DNA from: a virus
Reading direction: 5' to 3' (one strand)
DNA length: 64,000 bases
IMG/VR virus record: IMGVR_UViG_3300028374_000008
Location: 1-64,000 of that record
Under the pieces are notes generated by a model that had not been told where the DNA came from, did no database searches, and saw only the letters and a program-made list of their open reading frames with translations. Below are positions 46,391 to 56,186 of the stretch, piece after piece (positions within the stretch are counted from its first letter, which is position 1; each line of letters begins with the position of its first letter). Made by a program: the position numbers and the translations under genes.

Positions 46391-47409
46391 AGGTACGGCT
46401 TCAGTTGTGTGTAGAGCATCTTCTGCAGGTCGCCCGGCAGCGTCTCAATGAGCGCCTTGAACTGCGCAGGGTCGATGTCATCGCCGACTTTGCAGTGATC
46501 TAAGACATCTTCTCCCAAGACGTCCTCGACTTCAGGCGCCATAGCCATGAGCTCTTTCATTGGCACGTCGTGCCCTGCGAGCTGGATGGTGCGTGTGCTG
46601 GCGATCTTGTCCATGTTGAACACTGTCTCGACCGGGTTAAGCAATGTCCGGTCGTAACGCGGCCAGAACTCTGCCTGCTGGTCGAGGTCCTCGAGCATCC
46701 CTGCCAGCTTAATGAGCTGGTCACGGTCTTTGATGACGCCGCCACGTGGGAAGTTGTTCTCGATGGCCCACGCAAACTTCTGGAAGTCTGCAGCGCTCTC
46801 CACAGTCGGAGCGGCGCCAATGCGGGCTTCCACCCAATCAAGTAAGACGCCTGCATCGCAGGGGGTAAGACCTGCAAATTTGTAGATGTCTTTGGGCAGC
46901 TGGTCTTCGTCGAGACCAAATGACGCTGCCTTCTCTACAAGCCTGGACGCCGCTTGGGTAAGTGTCGGCGCCATGAGCTTGTTCTTTTGCTCCAACAGAG
47001 CATGCGCGGACACGTCCACATCGCTCGCCTCTTTAACGAGAAGCGCGCCGTATTGTGGTAGAAGAAAGTGTTCAGCATCAGGCTGCTGGTCGGGTAACAT
47101 TTCCGCCGCAGTCTTCTTTGGGTGCATCTCTTTTGCATCCAGTCCGAACATCTCCAGAGCGTTGTCGATGCGTTGCATCACGTTCTGGGGAACATGTGAA
47201 GCCTGCTTGGTCGCGTACGCCTTCGAAAGTAGACTGTGCTCCGGCGTGTGCACAGGAAAACGACGTACTTCGGGAAACGCGAATGCGGTGCCGGGCAGTC
47301 CCGGATCGTCCACAGATGCAGTCTTCACCTGCTGAATTGTTGTTGGATACTCACGAGCTATTTGCTGCAGAAGCAAGTGCTTCGTATCCGTAAACTGGTC
47401 AACTAACAT
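46387..47409 (-). CDS. Putative head protein, K-x-A rich
   Basis: VKTAS, TKQAS, KKTAA, VKEAS, EKAAS, IKLAG, DKIAS; AFAFP..RRFPVH. Confidence 0.7.
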   Translation of the reverse strand: MLVDQFTDTKHLLLQQIAREYPTTIQQVKTASVDDPGLPGTAFAFPEVRRFPVHTPEHSLLSKAYATKQASHVPQNVMQRIDNALEMFGLDAKEMHPKKTAAEMLPDQQPDAEHFLLPQYGALLVKEASDVDVSAHALLEQKNKLMAPTLTQAASRLVEKAASFGLDEDQLPKDIYKFAGLTPCDAGVLLDWVEARIGAAPTVESAADFQKFAWAIENNFPRGGVIKDRDQLIKLAGMLEDLDQQAEFWPRYDRTLLNPVETVFNMDKIASTRTIQLAGHDVPMKELMAMAPEVEDVLGEDVLDHCKVGDDIDPAQFKALIETLPGDLQKMLYTQLKPYL

Positions 47410-47420
47410 AAGGAACCACC

Positions 47421-49190
47421 ATGCGAGTGGATGTAGAGGGCAATGCCCTGGAACCAGACGAAACCGTATCAGAAGAGCCCACAGACGAGAAGGATCAAGA
47501 CGATTACGTTGTCTTTGACCCCCAGCAAGATGCGCTGGGCAAATGGCTGGCGACGTTTACACACAACGACTTCGCCCGGGATAACCCGGACATGTCGGTG
47601 TACGCACGCATCATCCGGCAGCTCCGTATCGAACAGATGCCCGACAAGATGATGGCTGTGACCATCAAAAACGGGCGCCACACCCTCATGTACAACAACG
47701 AGTGGGCTGCCCAGTCCACGTTCCTCGAAGTCGTGGCGACGTTCGCGCACGAGGCGTTTCACATTCTCAACCGCGACATCCCTACGATGCTGCGCTACCT
47801 GTCCGGGTTCCCCGCCGACATGCGTGGTTTCATCCACAGCCTCTACAACGTGGCGATGGACGCCGCGAACAACTGGCTGCTTGTCCAGAAGATGAGCCAC
47901 ATGAAGTACGGCTCAACAGGCCACTGGGTGCTGCCTGAGCCGATGGGCTTTCCCGGTAACCTGGACACCGACATCTATCAGCAGATGTTGTTGGAGCGTG
48001 CCGACCAGCTCAAGCAACTGATGGACGAGATTGACGAGCAGATGGCGAAGTCCGGTGGACAGGGTCAACAGCCTCAACCAGGCCAAGGCCAGCCAGAAGA
48101 CGGCCAGCCAGGTGAAGGAGAAGGTCAAGGCCAAGACCAGCCAGAAGACGGCGAGCCAGGTGAAGGAGAAGGTCAAGGCCAAGACCAGCCAGGAGACGGC
48201 GAGCCAGGTGAAGGAGAAGGTCAAGGCGACGGCGGAGGTCCCGGGCAAGGACAGCCGCAGCCCGGTGGGCCAGGCGGAGGTGACCCCATGGACAACATCG
48301 ACTGGGATAAGTACGGCCCGGTCGTTGAAGCCGTGATGAAGCTGCGTGCACAGGAAAAGCACGACTGGTTCGATGAAAAACTCAACCAGATGGCGCCGGA
48401 AGAGCTTGAGGCGCGGGCAGCCAACGCCGAGTCACAAGCACGTATGATCTCCATCAAAGCGCTTAAGGACCACAAGAAGCAGATCGGCAACCTGCCCGCG
48501 CACCTCGATCACCGTCTGAAAACACTCCTCGAAGAGGAAGCGGTTCCGTGGACAGCGATCCTGTCCAAGCTCATCGCAGCGCAGATGCTTGCGCGGCGTC
48601 GTGCCACGATGACCCGCCCTGCCAAGCGTCGCTTCATTCTCTTCACCGAGGACGAGCAGGGTAACTACGTACGACGTGACATGCCTGCGCCGGCTTACCC
48701 AGGCTCCAAGCGTGAGCGTGAATTCGTCATCCTGTTCGCGATTGACACCTCCGGGTCGATGTCTGACCAGGAAGTCATGGAGGGCCTGTCTGAGATTCAA
48801 GGGCTCTTAAAGCGCGCCCCGCACTCCCACTGTATTGTCCTACAGTGCGACACGCACATCTCCGCAGCGCATGTGCTTGGTCCTGACATGGACGTTGAGA
48901 AGTACGTTGAGGACATCGGACGTACATCCGGCGGCGGCACGCACTTCCTTGAGCCGTTCCGGCTTGCGCGTGCACTGGGCGGGCGGAGTAAAATGCCGCA
49001 GCTCCCCGAGGGGGCGCGCGAGATTCTTAAGCCGTACAAAAAAGCGGACCTCGTCGTCTATCACACCGACACCTACGGCGCGACGCCTGAGATGGACTTG
49101 CACCCTGGGTGCCCGACTCTCTGGACTGTGCCACGTGGCGGTAGCGTCTCCTTCAACCCCGCGTTTGGCCATGTCATCGTTCGAGAGTGA
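47421..49190 (+). CDS. HExxH metallopeptidase-like plus vWA protein (DUF2201 architecture)
   Basis: FAHEAFH, YNVAMDAANN, G/Q/P linker, MIDAS IDTSGSMS, GGGT; the usual partner of MoxR-like ATPases. Confidence 0.85.
   Translation: MRVDVEGNALEPDETVSEEPTDEKDQDDYVVFDPQQDALGKWLATFTHNDFARDNPDMSVYARIIRQLRIEQMPDKMMAVTIKNGRHTLMYNNEWAAQSTFLEVVATFAHEAFHILNRDIPTMLRYLSGFPADMRGFIHSLYNVAMDAANNWLLVQKMSHMKYGSTGHWVLPEPMGFPGNLDTDIYQQMLLERADQLKQLMDEIDEQMAKSGGQGQQPQPGQGQPEDGQPGEGEGQGQDQPEDGEPGEGEGQGQDQPGDGEPGEGEGQGDGGGPGQGQPQPGGPGGGDPMDNIDWDKYGPVVEAVMKLRAQEKHDWFDEKLNQMAPEELEARAANAESQARMISIKALKDHKKQIGNLPAHLDHRLKTLLEEEAVPWTAILSKLIAAQMLARRRATMTRPAKRRFILFTEDEQGNYVRRDMPAPAYPGSKREREFVILFAIDTSGSMSDQEVMEGLSEIQGLLKRAPHSHCIVLQCDTHISAAHVLGPDMDVEKYVEDIGRTSGGGTHFLEPFRLARALGGRSKMPQLPEGAREILKPYKKADLVVYHTDTYGATPEMDLHPGCPTLWTVPRGGSVSFNPAFGHVIVRE
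48093..48227 (+). repeat. 48-bp coding tandem repeat, about three copies (PEDGEPGEGEGQGQDQ)
   Basis: Visible in DNA and protein. Confidence 0.9.
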
Positions 49191-49413
49191 CCATGCGTCG
49201 TGGGGCGTGTCCGTTAGGTGGCGTACGCACAACGGGGCGCTGCACTGGCTTACCCTTTATCACCTAAACAGCACGTGGTGGCTTACCCATGCCATCACGG
49301 GCAACACTTGGACGAGTAAAGCAGACAACGAACTTCAATTCACTGACGTAAAGGATGCGCATGCCGCGTTTTGTGCGTGTATGCGCGCCCTTTGCACGAC
49401 CCCCTCACTGTGA
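49171..49413 (+). CDS. Small hypothetical protein (80 aa)
   Basis: ATG 49171 in frame with track ORF 48835..49413; fills the gap before 49420. Confidence 0.5.
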   Translation: MSSFESDHASWGVSVRWRTHNGALHWLTLYHLNSTWWLTHAITGNTWTSKADNELQFTDVKDAHAAFCACMRALCTTPSL

Positions 49414-49419
49414 GGATGT

Positions 49420-50148
49420 ATGTACAAACTACGAGCCCACCGAGGCGACCAAGGCCTCCGTACACCGTTTCCCTTGATGTACTTTTTCACCCCCAAAGAA
49501 GCTCCAGAGTTTCGCAAAGCGTTTGAGACGTTCATTGGTTTCCCTGCACGCCACGCTCAGTCCATTAAGTGGGACGAGCTGCGTGTGCACCAGGTCGACG
49601 GAAAGACTCTTCCTGAGACCAAGACAGTCTTGGACATTATCCCTGACTTACTCGACCCGCGCCTCAAGTGGTCGGTGGCAATACCCATCTTGGCAGTGTC
49701 GCAATGGGGCAAGCTCTTCACGCCCAACGACGCAGACGTTGCAGGTCTTCAAGCACAGAACGCAGAGCTTGAAGACGCCGACGCCCGGACGTGCGCGAAG
49801 TTTCTCGTGTCACGTAGCTGGGGCAACTACAAAGCCACACGCGGACAACCCCAGCCGCGCCCGGCCTACCCGATGACAGCCTACCTCGTTGATCGGGACG
49901 GCGTGCATGCTCCGCTGTGCAACGCATGTCCCCGTGTGCTTCTGCACGAGGCAGGCCAGTGCCAGATCGGTGACAACATATGCTTTGCTCACCTGCAAAA
50001 CTTTGCGGCGGACAACACCTTCTACAAGAAACTCTCAAAATACCAAGACCTCGAAGGAGACGAAGACGATGGCGTACAAAAAGGGAATGCTGGACAACCT
50101 CAAGACCCCGAAGATACCGGCACACCTGAGCCTCCCCAAGCCGATTGA
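49420..50148 (+). CDS. Hypothetical Cys-motif protein upstream of RT
   Basis: GAGGA RBS; CNACP...C...C; overlaps the RT start by 80 nt. Confidence 0.7.
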   Translation: MYKLRAHRGDQGLRTPFPLMYFFTPKEAPEFRKAFETFIGFPARHAQSIKWDELRVHQVDGKTLPETKTVLDIIPDLLDPRLKWSVAIPILAVSQWGKLFTPNDADVAGLQAQNAELEDADARTCAKFLVSRSWGNYKATRGQPQPRPAYPMTAYLVDRDGVHAPLCNACPRVLLHEAGQCQIGDNICFAHLQNFAADNTFYKKLSKYQDLEGDEDDGVQKGNAGQPQDPEDTGTPEPPQAD

Positions 50149-51136
50149 CGACGTGTCTTTGGCGTTCAGCCTCGGCATCCAAAACAAGACGATGTGGTGG
50201 CTCGTTCACATCAACGACTACACGCTCATCCAGGCAGGATCAGGGGCCTACACCTTGTTCGACATCCCCAAAAAGAGCGGAGGAAAACGCACCATCCACG
50301 CGCCGCACCCGCGCTTAAAAGAGGTGCAGAAGGCTATCCTCGTCACGTACCTCGAGCCCTTCCCGGTGCCCGAGCATGTCGGGGCGTTTGTGAAAGGGCG
50401 CGGACTCAACCACACCAGCGAACAACACGTCGGGGCGAAGTACCAGATCACACTGGACCTAAAAGACTTCTTCACGACGACACGGCGCCAGTGGGTGCGC
50501 GATGTGCTCTACAAGGTAGGCTACAACCGTGACGTGGTGCGGCCTTTGGCCTCGCTTATGACGGTACCCATCGCTCTTAAAAATGGACATAAAGTAGGCG
50601 TCGTTCCGCAGGGTGGTCCTACCTCAGGCATGATTGCCAACCTGGTTGCTATGGACCGGCTAGACACTCCCATCCACAACTTCTTGGAGACGAGCGTTGG
50701 GACGGACAACTTTGTCTACACCCGGTACGCTGATGACCTTGTCGTGTCCTTTTTCGTTAACCTAGACGACGCGCGTATCAAGCAGATCACAGACGACCTG
50801 TTCGACATCATCACGACGTCTGGGTACGCGGTGAACTTCAAGAAGGTTCGTCACACCAAAGAAGGTGCGCCGATGAAGGTCTTGGGGCACACCGTCAACG
50901 TGAAGGTCAACGTTCCTCAGGAAGTTTACCGGCGGCTACGCGCCATCGCACACAACTGTGCGACCCACGGACTGGAGACGCAGTACCAACGATATGGCGC
51001 GGGCGATGTCGCTCAACTCATCAACAAACTACGCGGAGAAATTACTTACTGGAGCTCTGTAAACCCGGAGCGTATGTCAGATATCGTCGTTGATTTCCAA
51101 CACGCATTGGAGAACCGATGCAGTACTACACCTTAA
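50069..51136 (+). CDS. Retron-like reverse transcriptase (355 aa)
   Basis: IPKKSGGKRTIHAP...LKEVQ, AFVKG, LDLKDFF, PQGGPTS, YTRYADDL, GYAVNFKK, VLGHTVN; ATG 50069 with AAGGAG. Confidence 0.92.
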   Translation: MAYKKGMLDNLKTPKIPAHLSLPKPIDDVSLAFSLGIQNKTMWWLVHINDYTLIQAGSGAYTLFDIPKKSGGKRTIHAPHPRLKEVQKAILVTYLEPFPVPEHVGAFVKGRGLNHTSEQHVGAKYQITLDLKDFFTTTRRQWVRDVLYKVGYNRDVVRPLASLMTVPIALKNGHKVGVVPQGGPTSGMIANLVAMDRLDTPIHNFLETSVGTDNFVYTRYADDLVVSFFVNLDDARIKQITDDLFDIITTSGYAVNFKKVRHTKEGAPMKVLGHTVNVKVNVPQEVYRRLRAIAHNCATHGLETQYQRYGAGDVAQLINKLRGEITYWSSVNPERMSDIVVDFQHALENRCSTTP

Positions 51137-52707
51137 CGCATGTTCGGAGCGCCAACACACGTACCGCGTGTAAAAATGTGGTCGTGCTTTCTTCCCCCAA
51201 ACACACACCTATTACCTGCCAGGACATTGACGTTGTGCTACGCAAAGTAGGCGCGCATGACTACTGGGAGCACCCTTGGGCAAGCGTAACCGTTGACGCG
51301 TCTGTCCTGAGAAGCAACACGCAGGGGTACCGAGTTGCGTCCTCTGAGCCCCGCCACACCGCTGTAGTGGCGCCCAGCGTCGACGTGTTTACGGACGTAG
51401 ACATGACGACGCCTCTGACAGGCTTTCGGCTCGGCTTCCACGTCAAGGGAGCTGAGTCGATAAGCTGGCCCTTTGAAGAGCTGCGTTCAGAGTGTCACCT
51501 CGTGTGGGCGCTTACGTCGTCCGTATGTAAGACCTGCAAAATGAACAACCAGTTGGCGTGCCGGTGGGCGCTCTTCACGAAAAAACTTCGTGGGATGGGT
51601 GTCACAAAAGCCCACGAGCAGTTTTATGCGTGGTCTTCGCTGCATTTTCAGCAGAAGAATCTGCGCGATCCTGCACCTATTGTCCCTGTTGAAGGTCTTC
51701 CCCTTAACGCTGAGACGTGTATTGGACGCCGCGCATGGAACCTGGCGTACGACGAGACGATGGTAAAGCGGGCAGGGGACGTGGGCACGTATGAGTACAT
51801 TTCGGCGTATTACACCAGCGCGTGGAGCGCAACGAACACGCGCTGGAAAACCGACACGGGTGCGTGCAGCGTCATCAAGCATGACCCCGACACTATTCAA
51901 AGACGCGTCCGGGCCAAGTCCAACCAGGCGTCTAACGCAGCGACTGCGCGGGAGCGGCGTTCCGATATTTGCGGCACGAAAGAGGAGGCGTGCTATCTCG
52001 AAGACAGGTGTTCGCTGTGGCGTCGTCAAAACTCATGCGTACGTATGCAATCCGAGAGTGACTTTTCGGCGTATGCGGAGCAGCACTTCGACGAAAACCC
52101 AGAGGAGCTGGCGCCTCCTCAGATGCTCTACTTGTCGTCTTTGGTAGCAGGTCGTGAGTTTGACCTCATTGACGAGCGCACGGAGCACGTCCGTGGAAGC
52201 ACGATGGGTGGCGCGGCGAAGCAGTCGCGTTACGCGTCGTCTCTTTTTTGGAGCATCCTAACGGACTCAGGACGCCGGACGCTGCGGTTTCATTCGTGGC
52301 TTGAGCTTACGCAGCACATCCGCCGGTATGCTCCCTGGGAGTTGTCGTTCTTTGAAGATGCGAAGAAGAAGGCGGATGCGTTGGTGTGCGACGTAAACCC
52401 GGAGTCGTTGCGTCTTTCTACGCTGCGCCTTTCGGGGCGTGTGCGCGTGCGCTCAGGGTTTGGCTACAGCTCGTATAGTCCCATTGGCATATGTGTCTAC
52501 CCGCTGCCTGCGTATCCCGAAGACCCCAACTATGTATGGTCGTTTAAGCCAAGCATGCGGTTTGAGGATGGCTCATCGCGCTCTCCGCACACCGTTCGGT
52601 CTTACATGTACGGCTACAAGTTCTTAGGGCTAACGCCGCCGCACCTCTTCACGCCTAAGCCAGGCTCTCCCCTAAAGGTTTACACCTACGATGTGGGCGG
52701 CGAGTAG
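51118..52707 (+). CDS. Hypothetical Cys-rich protein, candidate RT partner
   Basis: 529 aa, overlaps the RT stop; GGAG RBS; no recognisable family. Confidence 0.65.
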   Translation: MQYYTLTHVRSANTRTACKNVVVLSSPKHTPITCQDIDVVLRKVGAHDYWEHPWASVTVDASVLRSNTQGYRVASSEPRHTAVVAPSVDVFTDVDMTTPLTGFRLGFHVKGAESISWPFEELRSECHLVWALTSSVCKTCKMNNQLACRWALFTKKLRGMGVTKAHEQFYAWSSLHFQQKNLRDPAPIVPVEGLPLNAETCIGRRAWNLAYDETMVKRAGDVGTYEYISAYYTSAWSATNTRWKTDTGACSVIKHDPDTIQRRVRAKSNQASNAATARERRSDICGTKEEACYLEDRCSLWRRQNSCVRMQSESDFSAYAEQHFDENPEELAPPQMLYLSSLVAGREFDLIDERTEHVRGSTMGGAAKQSRYASSLFWSILTDSGRRTLRFHSWLELTQHIRRYAPWELSFFEDAKKKADALVCDVNPESLRLSTLRLSGRVRVRSGFGYSSYSPIGICVYPLPAYPEDPNYVWSFKPSMRFEDGSSRSPHTVRSYMYGYKFLGLTPPHLFTPKPGSPLKVYTYDVGGE

Positions 52708-53735
52708 GCCGGGCACAGGTCCACAACTTCAGCCAGCAAGCGCGTCTCTTCGCGCTCCAAGGATTCTTGGACCTGCTGGGAATCAGAGAGCTCTCGCGTG
52801 CACGTTTCAAGTGCCGTGAGAGCCTCATTTTTAGCTGTGGTAGCTGCGTCGCGTATCGTTGTCTGCGCGGAGATCTGCGTGGTCACGGCTGCGATCTCTG
52901 CAGTGATTGTAGAGATGCTGTTACTCAAAGTGACAACCGCATCCTCAAAGCCGCCGGTGTCGTAGTACTCGACGTACAGTGCGCCGGTGGGGTTTAGAAG
53001 CTCATCGTCAACGGTGTCACGTGGCACACCCGCGGCGAATGATACGCGCTGGTTGTTCCATGTGCTGATGGCCGCAACGATGTCTGCTGCAAGGCTTGTC
53101 GACGCAGACTGTATGGCAGTCAAAGCGTTGAGCCCAGCAGTCAGTGCTGTCTTGCTGCGATCGAGCGCACTGAGCGTCGTGTTGGCGTCAGCCTCGGTTG
53201 CGGCGGCGTCGTCGTAGGTGTCTTGGAGTTCGTCACACGACGCCTGCTTCTCGGTGACCGTTGTGTCCTGTGCGGTGCGCTCGTCGCGTTTTTCTGTGTA
53301 CGCAGAGATCGCTGGCGTGAGTATGCCGATGTCTGCAGCAGGGAACGACAGATTCTCTGCTGGGTCGGACAAGAACACGTCAATGAAGGCCTGGTAGTCG
53401 ACGACCAGGGCGTTGACGCGCTCCTGCAAGAAGTCCTTCCCTGCGATAGCAGTGTTGATGTTTTCGTAGCGGTTGATGACCGTCGAGGAACGGAAGAATG
53501 ACGCTTCGTTCGTGACCGCCAGAGCCCGGCTTGTTGCGAGCACTGCCAGGTCCGCGGGCGTTGCCACCCGTGCCAAGATGTCTTGCTTAGGATCGTCTTC
53601 GTCGATGATCTCTAATACAAACGCGCCAAAGTCTGGCAAGTCGCCGCGGTCCGTGACCGTAGATGTAACAACATACTCGACGGTGACGCCGTCGATCTCT
53701 GCCGTGCGTAGCTGTGTTGCCAGCGTAGGTGCCAT
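52686..53735 (-). CDS. Putative virion coiled-coil protein
   Basis: 349 aa, Thr/Ala-rich heptads; N-domain similar to the neighbour. Confidence 0.65.
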   Translation of the reverse strand: MAPTLATQLRTAEIDGVTVEYVVTSTVTDRGDLPDFGAFVLEIIDEDDPKQDILARVATPADLAVLATSRALAVTNEASFFRSSTVINRYENINTAIAGKDFLQERVNALVVDYQAFIDVFLSDPAENLSFPAADIGILTPAISAYTEKRDERTAQDTTVTEKQASCDELQDTYDDAAATEADANTTLSALDRSKTALTAGLNALTAIQSASTSLAADIVAAISTWNNQRVSFAAGVPRDTVDDELLNPTGALYVEYYDTGGFEDAVVTLSNSISTITAEIAAVTTQISAQTTIRDAATTAKNEALTALETCTRELSDSQQVQESLEREETRLLAEVVDLCPAYSPPTS

Positions 53736-54094
53736 TAGGAGTACGTATTCGTGTTGGAACCAAGGAACGTAGTGAGGCCCGCGTTGTACTCTGTGACGAG
53801 CGTTGTCAAAGCCGCGTCCACATTCGTGCGCGCAGTATCGCCGTCTGTAATAGAGTCGTAGCGCCCCGTGACTTCTGACTGGCGGTAGAACGCTGTGCCG
53901 TCTGTGCGCGTCGTCGGGTAGATCAAGTCGCCGGGTGTAATGGTCCGTATAAACGTGTTGTCTGAGAAGCGCAGAAGGAAGACTTCTTCCGGCATATCGG
54001 TGGCAGTATCAACGGTCCATGTTACCGTGTAGACGGTGTTCCCGTCGCCGTCGGTCTCCGTACCGCCTTCGTCTGTGACTTCAATGGACGCCAT
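53735..54094 (-). CDS. Putative virion protein, paralog of the N-domain of 52686..53735
   Basis: ATG 54094 with GAGGT; R..TP.DL...F(Y/F)R.S.V..RY motif. Confidence 0.65.
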   Translation of the reverse strand: MASIEVTDEGGTETDGDGNTVYTVTWTVDTATDMPEEVFLLRFSDNTFIRTITPGDLIYPTTRTDGTAFYRQSEVTGRYDSITDGDTARTNVDAALTTLVTEYNAGLTTFLGSNTNTYS

Positions 54095-54147
54095 TTCAAC
54101 CTCGTTGTGTGCGCGATCACTATACTGAAACCCTACGGCACTGCGCA

Positions 54148-54663
54148 ATGAACTTCATCGGCATTGACCAATCTATGCGGCACACAGGTGTGTGTTTACT
54201 GAGTAAACACGACGAACCAAAGCTGTGGCTCATCGAGCCTGAGCATAAAGGGCCCGTGCTGCTGGGTTACATTTTCGACCGCATCGCTGGCATCCTTGAT
54301 GTTACAACACCTGTGGCTGCTGCCGTAGAGGGCGGATCATTTGGCAGCCGAGGTCGGTTGTTTGACTTAGGTGAGGTCCACGGCGTGGTGATGTTGGCTC
54401 TGCTCCAGGCCCGCACAAGCATTGTTGATGTTGCCCCGTCGCAGCTAAAGAAATTCCAGACGGGCAAGTCTGGTGCACGCAAAGAGTGGATGGTCGAAGC
54501 CGCCAACGACTTTCTTGGCTACGAGATAGACGACGACAACCTGGCTGATGCGGTGGGCCTTGCGCGCATCGCTCGAGCCGTCCACCTACAGGACGCTACG
54601 ACGCGCGCCGAAGCCGAGGTCGTACACAAACTTACAAACTCTGATCGGTACTACAAACTATGA
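54148..54663 (+). CDS. ruvC: RuvC-like Holliday junction resolvase
   Basis: FIGIDQS...TG, AVEG, LGEVHG, PSQLKK..TG.SGARK, DNLADA. Confidence 0.85.
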   Translation: MNFIGIDQSMRHTGVCLLSKHDEPKLWLIEPEHKGPVLLGYIFDRIAGILDVTTPVAAAVEGGSFGSRGRLFDLGEVHGVVMLALLQARTSIVDVAPSQLKKFQTGKSGARKEWMVEAANDFLGYEIDDDNLADAVGLARIARAVHLQDATTRAEAEVVHKLTNSDRYYKL

Positions 54664-54959
54664 AACCTGAACAACGTATTGGACTTACGCCCATTCACGT
54701 ACGCTTGGCAGCGTCGATGCTCACCAAAGGCGAGGGCCACCACCCGTGTGAACGCCTTGGGTACACTACCGCACTTGTTGAAACCGTTGAGGATTGGCAC
54801 AACCGCGCGCTCGATGACCAGCCCGCTGCGTACTTCATGGAGATGCGGGTTAATTTCTACTCAGGGACACGTCGTGTACGCTGGGTAGACTTCAAGCTCA
54901 GCATGACGGGCGGGGGCGGTCAGCCTGCGTTCACAGTCCACGAGGCCGACGATGAGTAA
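54660..54959 (+). CDS. Hypothetical protein
   Basis: ATGA-coupled to ruvC. Confidence 0.6.
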   Translation: MKPEQRIGLTPIHVRLAASMLTKGEGHHPCERLGYTTALVETVEDWHNRALDDQPAAYFMEMRVNFYSGTRRVRWVDFKLSMTGGGGQPAFTVHEADDE

Positions 54960-55341
54960 CTACCAGCCCTACCGCAACTTCATAGAATTTCGGTACGCCT
55001 ACGGGCGCGTGCTAATTCTTCGTGATGCGCTGCCCACAGGGAGACAGCTCAGCACGGCGTGCCGAGCGCTGTGCGCGGTGTTCGGTCAACACACAAAGCG
55101 CATCAACGAAGACAACCCCATCATCAGTGTCGGCAAGCCTGGTATCAGTGTCTTAAAGAAGAAGTGGTTGTTCTTGGAGATTTACGATGCTGCGGGCTTG
55201 GACGACGAGTTCAAAGAGACAATCCTGCGCGGCATACCGCGGCCTATGCTAGACGCTGTTTACGCCTCAGGAATCATGCTCGCTGACGACATCAAGCTCT
55301 TTCCACCTGTCGTAGATCACGCCAGCGACACGCTCGTCTGA
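54952..55341 (+). CDS. Hypothetical protein
   Basis: 129 aa overlapping upstream stop. Confidence 0.6.
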   Translation: MSNYQPYRNFIEFRYAYGRVLILRDALPTGRQLSTACRALCAVFGQHTKRINEDNPIISVGKPGISVLKKKWLFLEIYDAAGLDDEFKETILRGIPRPMLDAVYASGIMLADDIKLFPPVVDHASDTLV

Positions 55342-55722
55342 CCACCCCCACAGAAGATAGTTCGACACTGTGAGGACAGCGGTTGTGCTTTGGAGTCCGC
55401 GGCCATCTCTTTTGTATGCCTCGACTTCCAGTTCAACGCGGCCGCGGCGCGTGATGTATTTCCACACAAACTTCCACAGCCCCATGCGGTCACGCTGCTC
55501 AACGTGTACTTGCTCGTGTCGGTAGACGCGGTCACCTGGCTCTGCAAGGCCATCAGGCGGCGAGTAGATCGTGCGGGTAAAGACCGACACCGTATGGAAC
55601 GTGCGGCGGTACTTCTTCCACCACGTACACGCGACGAGTGCCGCGCCGTAGTAGAATATGCCAAGCCAAAGCCAGTCCAGCGCCTTGTATTTTCCGTGTG
55701 GGCGTACGTCTAATTCACTCAT
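55267..55722 (-). CDS. Small HExxH metallopeptidase-like protein
   Basis: RHEQVHVEQ...ELEVEAY; ATGA-coupled start. Confidence 0.65.
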   Translation of the reverse strand: MSELDVRPHGKYKALDWLWLGIFYYGAALVACTWWKKYRRTFHTVSVFTRTIYSPPDGLAEPGDRVYRHEQVHVEQRDRMGLWKFVWKYITRRGRVELEVEAYKRDGRGLQSTTAVLTVSNYLLWGWSDERVAGVIYDRWKELDVVSEHDS

Positions 55723-56186
55723 GGCTTCACCATCCAACCACCGATAAACCCGGCGGCAGCGCCTGTGATGAGCGCCGCGACAAGCCAGGGTAGTCCGCCT
55801 CCAAACACGGACATCGCTTTGGCTTCTTCGGCTTCCTTGACAGCGTCTAAGTACTTGGGAAAGATCTCGTCGGCACGCTTCTCCATCTTGTCGGCGCGTT
55901 TCTTCTGTGCAAGCCGTGCCTGCTCCTCGAGCTCAAACGATTCTTGCAGATACTCCAGCGACACCTGCAGGGCTGGCACCGCCCGGTGCAGCCAGACGTA
56001 CTGGTTGCGCAGCTCGAGGTAGACTTTGAAGTTGTCCTTGTCGAGGCACTTACGCTCCGGGGCACAGTCTGTGAAGACAGGCCGCTCTACGAACTCAAAC
56101 TCCGCAGTGTCTGAGCTGTCTTGTGCCAACGTAACGGAAGGAGCCAGCGCGATGAGCACGGCGAAGAAGACGATAAGTTGTCGCAT
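55719..56186 (-). CDS. Exported coiled-coil protein with C-terminal TM (spanin-like?)
   Basis: Signal peptide MRQLIVFFAVLIALAPSVTLA; C-terminal hydrophobic helix. Confidence 0.55.
   Translation of the reverse strand: MRQLIVFFAVLIALAPSVTLAQDSSDTAEFEFVERPVFTDCAPERKCLDKDNFKVYLELRNQYVWLHRAVPALQVSLEYLQESFELEEQARLAQKKRADKMEKRADEIFPKYLDAVKEAEEAKAMSVFGGGLPWLVAALITGAAAGFIGGWMVKP

Noticed and set aside
49190-49420. msr-msd ncRNA upstream of the RT
   Set aside because: No clear a1/a2 inverted repeat, and the gap is covered by an 80-aa ORF (49171..49413). Not fully excluded without folding.
50069-51136. DGR or group II intron RT
   Set aside because: It lacks the DGR-type GNxxSQ motif and an evident maturase domain, and I saw no TR/VR pair differing at adenines.
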